The position numbers were made by a program, and so were the translations under genes. A DNA stretch of 64,000 nt from Utricularia gibba (Eukaryota; Plantae; Magnoliophyta): assembly GCA_002189035.1 (NCBI GenBank), contig NEEC01000011.1, positions 682,001 through 746,000 on the forward strand, given 5' to 3'. Position 1 is the stretch's first letter. Each line of letters begins with the position of its first letter. The notes under the pieces were generated by a model that was not told the DNA's origin, ran no database searches, and was given only the letters and a program-made list of their open reading frames with translations. Shown in pieces: positions 37,681 to 48,229 of this stretch.

Positions 37681-38343
37681 CTTTATTCATGAGTTTACAC
37701 ACACCGCAAGCAAGCTTTTACATGGGTGGACCATGTTACAAAGCTACTTTTTCCCATTGTTTTATATTAATGTTTTTTGTTTTATTGTTTGATGGGATCT
37801 AAATAAGAGTGAGGTAATCGGTCACTAAAAAGTAGCTAAAAGGTGTCTTGACAGACTGGTGCAGGCAGACTGACCGATAAGTGTCAGAATTTGTCAGCAG
37901 CGGTCGAATTACATAGTCTGAAAAATAGCTGAATTACGGCAATGACAGAGTAGTCGGTGGTTATCCAAAAGTAGGGCCGTAGTCTGGACAGTAGGTGCAG
38001 AAAGCAACCGAGATCTATAGAATTAAGAATTCGATCAAACCCATCTCATTTATAAATATAAAAAACCCTGCAAAAGCAAATAAGAAAAGGACTCCAATTC
38101 GTGTAACTTGTATTTTATCCACCTCCGTCTCGTAAAAACCATTTTTACAGCGAGCTCCAACAGCTCCATGATTTTTCCGTTCTCCGATAGTTTCCACATT
38201 AAAATCCTGGTTTTCTTTCATTTTTGTTTACCGCATTGCACCACACAGAACACTTGAACCTTAATCGGGTACGACGCACCCGGCCGTATCCATAACCCAA
38301 AAATCGATCTTTGTCCTAATGCCGATTTTCAACCACAACATTT

Positions 38344-38359
38344 TGGCGCCCACTGTGGG
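38344..38359 (+). promoter_or_regulatory. Primer binding site
   Basis: TGGCGCCCACTGTGGG, 3 bp after the LTR end CACAACA. Same type as 15534-15551. Confidence 0.85.
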
Positions 38360-38419
38360 ACAAGATCTATTGTCCCACTTGAGAAATCCACAAAGGCTGC
38401 TTATATAACGGAAAACAAC

Positions 38420-41400
38420 ACGGCCACCAACTCAAGCAATGAAGGCAATGCTGACATACAAGACCCTGACCTCATGGTCATCAACAAGGAACAACTTTAA
38501 GTCCTCATGATGGAGATATTTTCCGACATCAAATCATCCTTTGGACTGAACTCCAACGCACGGGAGGGGATACCCAAAATGGAACGAGAGTGGATAAGCA
38601 ACCCCTAATATCGGAATATCTTCAGGAAACAGACACTGAATCTGAAACGGAGGAAGAGGTGTTGCAAAGGAAGAGGCGCAACCAAGTCATTTATGAACCA
38701 GGAACAGATAGAGGAAATACGGCAAGAGAGATCTTGGAAAAAAGAGAGGAGGAGCTGAAGAGAGTATTAGATGAAATTCGCGAGAAAAGAAGGGTGATCA
38801 GCAGGTAGATACCATCTAGGGCGAGAGAGAGTAGAGAATTCAGAGACGCCTTCAACTAGAATGTATGTACTGGGAGAGGGGACGTTTTAACTGAGATCGA
38901 TTTGGCCTTGAAAAGTAGTGTTAACGGAGTAACGGGTGCCTCGACACTGTGCTTTGATCCCTTCTTGGACGAGTTAATGGGGGAAGAACCAGAAAGGGTA
39001 TTTAGGGTCCTTGACGGGCTACAACCTATGATGGAAAAGGGGAGCCCATATCGCATGTGATAGATTTCGACATGAGAATGACAACGGTCTGGCACTCGAA
39101 AGCTATGAAGTGCAAACTATTCGCCTGTTAGCTCCAGAAGGGAGTAAAGACCTAGTTCAAACACCTGGAACCTTGCAACGTGGGCAATCTTATCGGGAGT
39201 TGGTATTGCTATTGACCACCCGATATGCAGTTAACATCGAAGCCCCGCCTTCGAAGGGGCCTTATATTCCATCCGATACGACCACAGAAAAGAGAGCCTA
39301 AGAAGATTTATCAACAAATTCAACTGTTCGACACAGGACATTCACTTAGACTTGAAGGAGAGGGTAGAAATAATGAAGCGTGCCTTAGGAACGTCAAAAC
39401 TAGGGTAGAGTCTGTTGAAGTCCCCGCCGAAAAACCTTGGGGAATTGTTGAGAAAGATTATGAAATACATTTGAGTCAATGACGACCTCAGAGCCGAAAT
39501 GAGGAGCCGTGTGGAAATTCGGCCGATCTCACAAGGAGAAGAGCAACCTAGTAGGGTTCCCCGACCGAACAAGTGCCATGAAGTGTACCAGGTGGAACCG
39601 GCCAGAATGAACACCTACTGCGAGATACACAAAATATCACAGCACGACACTGTTGATTGCTGGGTAATGAAAAGAATGATCGAGCAATACCATACCGGCA
39701 GGGGGATAAATGGTACGACGTGAAACCCCGCAAAAGGGGACGTGATGAACACTTTGAGAGCGAAGGAAATCGTTACCCTAGATTCCCCTCCAAACAGCCA
39801 GGGGGAATCTTGCATGTTGGCAGAAACATGAACCCCAAAGAGGGCAGGATAAACCGGAAGGTTCTAGAGATGCCAACCATGCACATGATAGCCCCCTTAT
39901 TTTCTGGAAATCCACGGGGTATCTGGGGGCAACGAGATCGACGAATTAGGGAAAGTGAGGAAAGAGATATTTGGATGAGGCAAGGAAGGGAGAAGTCTTT
40001 GGACTCATTGGGTCATTGGCAACACGCGGGCACATGCGTGCAATTCGGCATGAGGGTATGTTGGCAGGACCTCTTATCTTCACGTTCGTCCAAAGAGGAG
40101 CAACATCGGGCTATTCCCGTGCCTTCTCGCAAGAGAGTGTAGGGGAGGGTAGGAATTCCTTACTCCTATAATCGAGTACTCGAGAAAACTAGAGAAGAGT
40201 GAAGACGCAACGAACGTAGTTGGGCAGGATTCCAAATCTCGGAACATTTACTTTATTTAAGGTTCATCGCTTACGTTTATTTCATTTATGTTTCTCACAC
40301 CTTTACGCTACAAAATCATTTACAAATCGTGACAGTTGTATTCGGTGTAACATCACCTTTCACTGAAAAACTACTCCTTGTGTTTGACACCCGTACTGCG
40401 CTTTTGTGTTTTACGAGTTTTAAAAATTTAAAATTTGTTGTGGAAATGACACGCATCAAATACGCATGGAGTTATATGCTTTCAATGAACAGGTTGTGCA
40501 CACAATCGGAAAAATAACGCTACCTGTGACATTCGGTGCGGCAGGGCAAAACCGGACTGAGAGGCTGGAATTCCTAATACTCGATTCAAAGGTTTCATAT
40601 AACATCATTCTCGCCCGTCCTGGGATCAACTAGTTTGGTATGATTCCTTCCATCGTTCATTTGAAAGTCAAGTTACCAACTCCAAGGGGCATTTGTATGC
40701 TGGATATCAACCAATCGGGCGCCCGATCTTGTTATGTGTCTTCTTATCTAGATCCCTATGCAAAGAAAACAAGAGTAATGATGGTGGAAGCTAGCTATGT
40801 CAAGGAGAAAATGAGCAAAAACGAACATCATATTGATACCTATCTGGGAGCAAAGCCAATCCGACAGAAGTAGCAGCATTTCTCTAAAGAAAAATGCCGG
40901 ATTATCAAAGAGAAAATGAGTGAGTTGCTGGAAGCTAGCTACGTCAAGGAGATTCAGTACTCCGAATGGGTGGCTAACCCCATCGTTGTCTCGAAGCATA
41001 GGGGAAAATGGAGAATGTGTGTCAACTTCACCGACCTCAACGCTTCTTGCAAGAGGGACCCATACCCTCTCTTGAAGATTGACAAGCTGGTAGACGCCAT
41101 TGTCGGATCTTGTTTCCTGAGCACCATGGATGTGTAGTCCGGATATAACAAGATTTTTCGTCGCAGAGAAGGATTAGCCGAAAACCACTTTCTACACCAA
41201 GGATAGGGTTTACTGCTATGTCGCAATGCCATTCGGTTTGAAGAATGCTAGGGCAACTTATCACAGATTGGTGAATAAAATCTTCCCTTCTGAAATCGAT
41301 ACCTCTATTGAGGTGTATGTGGATGATATGATCGTGAAATCAAGGAATGAAGAAGATCATTTGGCTTATTTGGATTCTTGTTTCTCCCTATGTTAGTCAT

Positions 41401-42356
41401 TCGGGTTAAAACTCAACACGCTAAAGTGTTGCTTCGGGGTACAGAGTGTAAAATTTCTTGGTCATTACGTATCTGAGAAGGGGATCGAGGCTGACCCCGC
41501 AAAGATCAAGGCGATATGCAAAATGCAGCCTCTGAGGACACTTAAGGAATATTAGAGTCTCACACATAAACTGGCTGCCCTCAACCGATTCATATCTCGG
41601 TCAGCAAACAAATCGGCGTCTTTCTTCAAAGCCCTCCGAAAAGGAAACACTATGGAATGGAATGAGGACTGTCGAGTTGCTTTCGAGAAACTGAAGGAAT
41701 ACCTTTAATCGCCTCCACTTTTGGTGGCTCCAAAGGAAGGGGAAGCCTTGAGGCTATATCTGTCAATATCGCTCGTTGCGTTCAGTGTAGTCCTAACAAC
41801 TATTTCGGAGGAAAAGCACTTGCCGGTGTATTATGTGAGTAAGGATCTTCTACCACTAAAAACCTGATATACGATGACTGAGAAATTCATCTTGGCTTTG
41901 AAGATGACTGCCAGTAACCTGAAATCATACTTCCAAGATTGACATGTGGTATTCACAAATCAACCGTTGAAGAAGATTCTCTCTAGACCTGAAATCTATG
42001 GAAGGGTGGCCAAATGGGAAGTTGAATTAAGCACCATGGATATTGAGTTCCGATCGAGAACGGCAATCAAAGCCCAACCTCTCGCCAATTTCATAGTCGA
42101 AATGACTAGGGCAATCGATTGATTTATGGAAATCAATGACCGATGGGCCATGTGTGTCGACGTATCAACCTGCAATGGGGTTGGAGGAGGAATTGATATC
42201 AGAACTCGGGATGGAGAACACATCTCCATCTCGGTGAAATTCTCATTCCCCATCACTAGTAATATCGCCAAGTATGAGGCCTTGATCGAGGGGATGAAGG
42301 TGGCCAAGTAACTTGGAGTTGCGGAACTCAATGCCTATACCGATTCACGGCTAGTG
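38420..42356 (+). pseudogene. Tat gag-pol remnant lacking integrase
   Basis: Colinear with 15477-11580 on the minus strand (TETESETEEE; KWRMCVNFTDLN; YVDDMIVKS; NIAKYEALIEGMKVAK). Confidence 0.88.
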
Positions 42357-44379
42357 AGGTAATCGGCCATTAAAAAGTAGTCAAAAGGTGTCATGACAGA
42401 CTGGTGCAGGCCGACAGACCAATAAGTGTCAGCATTTGTCAACAGTGGCCGTTTTAGACATTCTGAAAAATAGCCAAATTACGGTAATGGCAGAGCAGTC
42501 GACGGTTATCCGAAAGGAGGGCTGCAGTCTGGACAGCTAGTGTAGAAAGCAGCCGACATATATAGAATCCAGAATTCAGTCAAACCCATCTCATCTATAA
42601 ATATAAAAAACCCTGCATAAGCAAAAAAAAAAAAAGGACTCCAAGCCCACTAACTTGTATTTTTTCCACCTCCGTCTAGTAAAAACCATTTTACGGCGAG
42701 CTCCAACAACTCAATGGTTTTTTCTGTTCTCCGATTGTTTCCACGTTAAAATTCTGGTTTTTTTTCATTTTGTTAAGTGCATCGCACCACATAGAACACT
42801 TGAACCTTAATCGCGTATGATGCACCCGTCCATATCCATAACCCAAAAATCGGTCTCTGCTCTAATACCGATTTCCAACCACAACATTGTTATTTATTGT
42901 CGAAAATCTAAAAATAATCATTTTTCTTTGAATATTTTATGTTAAATAATATGTTGAATAAATCTTAAATGACCTCATGGAAAACTTCGAAAATAACTAA
43001 TCATCGGTAAATAATCAATCGTTTTCCCAATGTATAAAATTTAAATTCTAATGCCTTTGGATTCTATAACCTTCCCAAACACATTTTTTTAGGTATGTTA
43101 TTGAGTAATACGTAATAAAAGAGATTGTTTTTTGCTAGGTGTCAAAAATATACGTCAATATCAAAACAAAGTAGATGGAAACTTAAGAGATAACGAAATA
43201 GTGGATTCCATCATTTCTATGGTTACTTCATAAACATTGAGGTCAGTTGTATACACCGGAGCCTTTTCTTCGTTTAATCAATGCTACTGGTAACTTGTAT
43301 TGTTCACTCTGCACTCTTTGGTGTCTACTCATTAAAAGATTTTTCACAAGTGACACGTCTAGTAAGGTATTTAATTATGAAAGTTACGTGGACATCTAAA
43401 CCTCGTAGTTCCTTTTCTTGACCTAGTCTACTCAAAACACAATTTTCATGTTTTTAATAAACTTCCATAACCTTTTAGTATCAATGGAGACTTGCTTATT
43501 CATAATTTCAGCTGACCCTGCGATTTGGTGACATTTCGAATAGGCTGTCTTCAGAGGTGAAACATTGTTAAGACATATCTGGGACCTGTCTCTTTGGGCC
43601 CAATAAAAATATTTTTTGAAAAAAAGAATCTAAAAGATCACTTTTCTATTGAATTCACCCAAGTCGTTCAAGAGACAGACATCTTGCAGCAGCGTTGTGG
43701 GTATTTTCTTATTCTTATATTGATTCTCAAACCTGCATATTCCATTCTTAATCACAAATATTGATTTAAGATGTGAACATTCAGCATTATTGGATTTGTT
43801 TCTTATTTATTTGATTTAATTTCTTATAATGAATTTAAAAGTTTAAAAATACAATTGGCAGTGTGAGGTCGTAAATTTTGAGTTTTTTAAAGTATTGAAA
43901 TTTTATGAATTTCATTTTGAGTAATGAATTTTAAGCTAAGATTCGATTTCATATTCTTGTTGTTGTGATTTAGGGTGCATTGGTATAAGTTTGTGCATAA
44001 TTTGAGAAACTCATTTAGGTTCAATCCTAATATTTCATCACAAATTGGAATGCCTCACCTGTGTTTTCAGGTTTTTTTATTATAACATTTTTGCATAATG
44101 ACAATACAAAAAAATTATCCTTTACTTATTGTATAAGAGAAAAAAGTGAAGAGGATAAGGAAAATGAGAGATTACCACTTCTGTGACTTTAGACACCCAT
44201 GAAGTATTTGTTAAAAGTATTGAAGTGCACAAGCCGTTATTTAAACAAGCGATATATAGGCTAAAGGCGATGTGAGCCAAAATTTTGATGGAATAGAATT
44301 TTTGATAGGAGATCCAAAATTTTGATGTCAATATGGCAATATCCAGTTAATAAAAGATATGATGTTCAAAGAGCATATT

Positions 44380-46580
44380 TGAAATGGGATCCTATACAAC
44401 TTTTATTGGATCATTATCAACCGTCTAGTGTGAAAAATCATCAAAGTCATTTTGAGCATTCATGGTTTAGTTAGTTTACTTCTTCGAAGGAATATTCAGA
44501 GATCAAACATTGTACCTATTGCTTTTTTGCTATTTATTTGCTAAAGAAAATAATCAAGTTGGTAATGATATCTTCAAAATTCATAGTTTTTAAAATTGAA
44601 AAAAGATGAAGGATGGAAAACATTGTTTTTTTTCTTACTCATGTATAAAATAATCCTTGCTGACAACATAATGATGACTTCATAACTGGTAATTATGCCT
44701 TCACAAAATTATGTCGTGCATTGTTTGATCAACCTAGTCATTTGGATAATATTACTCGGCTTCATAGTAATGAAGAAACGCAAAGGAGTTAATTGTAATT
44801 GAAAGTTTCTATTGTAGTAGCATTGCTTTACTTCTCATGGTTGTGCATCGCGGGGTCATGATGAGACATCACCTTCAAAGAATCGAGGTAATGTTTTTGA
44901 GGTATTTCAACTTTTAGTGGAATTCCATTCCCTTACTTAGAAAGTAGTTCTTCAAAATGCTCCAATTAGTTATAGATATGCTTCACTTCTTATTCATAAA
45001 AAAATTGAATATTTATGCTACTTTGATTCAATGTTACATTTGTTAAGAAATTGTTGAATTTGAAATTCACGATATTGCAAAATGGGAGCAAATAGCATTG
45101 ATGTTAAGATTAGGAAAGAAGCTATTTTTAATTCATACATGTGTCAATTACTAAAGTTATAACACTTAAGAAAATTTTGAGTTTTGATTACATTTTAGAA
45201 TATTTTTATGTTATAATTTCCTAATTTTGAGTAGTGGAATTAGATTTTTTAAATACAATTTATATCATATTTTTGTATTTTTAATATCCTTTCTATTTTT
45301 AAGATGGGGTAAAATCCTGAATTCGATTTCTAGCATGATGAAAGTGTTGAAAAAATTAGTAATGATGCATCTTCTAGTTAAACTCAAGCTTCAGGAATTA
45401 CAACTTCTGATTGTTTATTATCTTTTGATTTGTTTTTGTCTTAAGTTTGATGAAGGAAGTTCTAGATTATAGATCAACATTGTCAAGCTTTATGAAAGAA
45501 ATCTTAAGATATCATTGATGTTGTTCATTTAGCAACTTCTACAACTCAACTTCTATAAAATATTGTTAAGGGTTTAAACCGGTCTCCGAGGTGGGGCTGA
45601 TTCTTGGGTTATAAAATATTGTGCCTTGTTATGTTCTTGGCGATTTGTTTGATGTGACCGAAAGAAACAAGGACATGTAGAGGTTTTTACGTGGAAACCG
45701 CCGAAGGACGGAAAAAACCACGGAACTGTCAGAGCTCACCTGAAAAATTCTTTACTAGCGATGGTGAAGTGAGGTACAGGTTAGGAGGCTTAGGATCCAA
45801 TCTTTTCCCTATTATGATTTCTGTTATTTATAGAGGGGGTTGATCTGGCCGGATCATGAGTTCTGCAACTATCGGCTACCTTTCCATATTCGTACTTTGA
45901 TCTTGCTGTACAGACGATCGTCACCTATTCTGCTACGGCTTGACTACTTTTCAGACTGGACCATACCGTCACTATCAGATCCCTGACATATACTGATCTG
46001 TCGGCAGAAGTTGTCCCATCAAGGATCCTTTTGGCACCCCTTCAGAAACCGATCGTCCTCGCCCCAGTTGTACTCCATCAAATATGAGATATGATAGTGA
46101 GATAATTTTTTTGTCTAAAGTTGTGAAGTTATGTGAATTTCATAATATTGATATTCTATATATGAATGATACGTGCATCTATATGGAGGATGGGTACATC
46201 GACAGCCTGATTATTTTACTAATGAACAACATTTTCAGGATGAAATTGTTTAGTTATTCTTGACATATAGTAACAGAAAATGAAGTTCAGGTTTAATGAA
46301 AAGGCCGTGGCTCCTAAAATTGGTGAGTTTATTAATTCTGAAATACACATTTAAATCATTTGATGTAGTTAAGATATATCTGTCGGTAGACTTGTATTAT
46401 CCATAAGACTTTACTCAACAAGAAAGGATTGAATTAAAACTTTAGTTGATACATTTGTTATGGACGTATATGAAGATGATGAGATGCAAAAAATAGATAC
46501 TCTAACAGAATTGTGTCATTGTATAGTTGCAACCCATCAGTATAATATCTATCATCTAATTGATTGTCTACTATAAATTC
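44380..46580 (+). pseudogene. hAT transposase remnant (DUF4371/ZMYM1-like type)
   Basis: GCASRGHDETSPSKNRGN...VLQNAP near 44840-44965; HNIDILYMND near 46140; DFTQQERIELK...TLTELCHCIV...YHLIDCLL at 46405-46575. May extend left to about 43500. Confidence 0.65.
45564..46080 (-). mobile_element. Tat-family solo LTR with TSD AATAT
   Basis: TGTTAAGG...CTCCATCA. Shares TTTTTACGTGGAAACCGCCG...GGAAAAACCACGGA with the LTR at 6500-7026. AATAT at 45559-45563 and 46081-46085. Confidence 0.88.
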
Positions 46581-47600
46581 TTGTGTAACACTTCCATAAG
46601 CCTGTGCTTCCCTTGATGTCGGTGAGGATTTCGTGTAGTTTCAGCAATTCTTCCACTTCCAAGATACATTCTCCCATTTCCCTCATAAAAAGAATAGTGG
46701 GTGCATGGAAGAGTTTTCGATATGATATGATAAAATAACAAGACAGTAAAGAATCAAATAATCAGGCATAGGAATAGAATTAAACAACTATGTCGGCATC
46801 ACATTTTTCGCATTGCATATGTCTCTACAATTGACCCTTATGAATCATTCATGAGATGTAAAAAAATCTAAGTAATGGTTGGGTGAATGCACAAATTGGG
46901 GCCCATTTGTAGAATAACTCAGTGTAAAATTCTAATTAGTAGAGTAGTCCTATTTTATATTTCTTAATAAAGCCAATATTTTTTTTAAATGATTATTTTT
47001 ATGAATTATGTATTTCATTTGATGTATAAAGATTGTATTTATGAAATACAATTTTTGCTTTAGTAAAAATTATATTTACTATATTTAAGTTTTAGAAATA
47101 AAATAAATTTAGGAAACGGATTAATAATTATCTATATTAATATTATATATATATATATATATAATTATTAATTTTTCCAATATTATGAATCAAAATATTT
47201 TTTTAGGTAAATAATGATGTAATTTATTTGAATATCCCAAGAGAAATTCATAGAGAAAATGAGATTATTATTCAAAATATGAAACAAAATGTCATCCAAT
47301 CTCAAGAACTATGTATTGGCACAAATAACCATTACAAGTTTGAAATCAAAATCAAAAATTACAAGACATTTATTCCATTCATTGAAGGTGAAGAAAAAGA
47401 ACAAAACGAAAGAACTGACTTCCCCATCGAAAAGTGTTCTCCCAAGATATCCCATGCATACATTATATTTATCTTTATCTAGTCCACAAAATATTTTTGA
47501 TGTACAAGAATATTTATCATTATGATCTTTCATTCCTACTTCTATATATATACTAACTACAATTATGAGTCATTGTCTGTGTTACTATGATGGGCCAATG

Positions 47601-48050
47601 TGTAAAGCTCCACCCAAGGAACAGTGATATAAGCACTTTAGGTGAATCTTATATCATTTATGAATGAAAATGATAAAGAGATTAAGTAAAATGATTACAC
47701 AAACCTTGCATGAAACCTTTTTCTGAGTACATTAGAGGATGCTTGATAGTAACTCCAAACTTGACCATGCTTGGTCAAAGATGGAAAATAAATAAATTTG
47801 TGAAAGTTAGGTGCCCCAAGTGAACAAGGTAATACAAGAGGGGTCATGGCATTGGTATTAGAGCTAAACTCCGATTGGTAATGGTTTTTAAGGCCCTACC
47901 TAAGAGTGGAAGGACCACCTTAAGTGAATTCCATGTCAATTAGAAATGGGGAAGAGAAAAAGATTAAGTGGAATGAACATACAAATCTTGTATGAGACCT
48001 TTTCATGAGCATGGTAAAGGAGCTTTGATAATAACTCTAAATTAAGAATT
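47601..48050 (+). mobile_element. Probable decayed Cassandra-like TRIM
   Basis: TG...CA unit 47601-47851, PBS TTGGTATTAGAGC at 47852-47864, short spacer, partial second repeat near 47980-48045. 5S-like AACTCCAAACTTGACCATGCTTGG at 47751-47774. Confidence 0.45.
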
Positions 48051-48229
48051 TAAAGAAAAGCTAATTAAAATACTTGCACTAATTGCTTCCCAAAATTTCC
48101 AAATGTCCAATTAAACAGGAATAAGAATAAAAACTAAAAAAAACAACTATAGTGATTGATGTTTTTACTTTTCTTTGTGAGACAGCAACATTTCATCGAG
48201 AATTTAGATAAGGAATGAGTAAACAAGAA

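Larger units (their letters stand above)
37790..42886 (+). mobile_element. Internally deleted Tat-type element with TSD TTGTT
   Basis: LTR 37790-38340, PBS, gag-PR-RT-RH-partial aRH, LTR 42353-42886. TTGTT at 37785-37789 and 42887-42891. LTR spot-check gave 17 mismatches in 120 bp. Confidence 0.9.

Noticed and set aside
46600-46730. Short stop-free minus-strand stretch (ECILEVEELLKLHEILTDIKG), a possible host exon
   Set aside because: No recognisable domain, splice sites or neighbouring exons. A BLASTX search would be needed.
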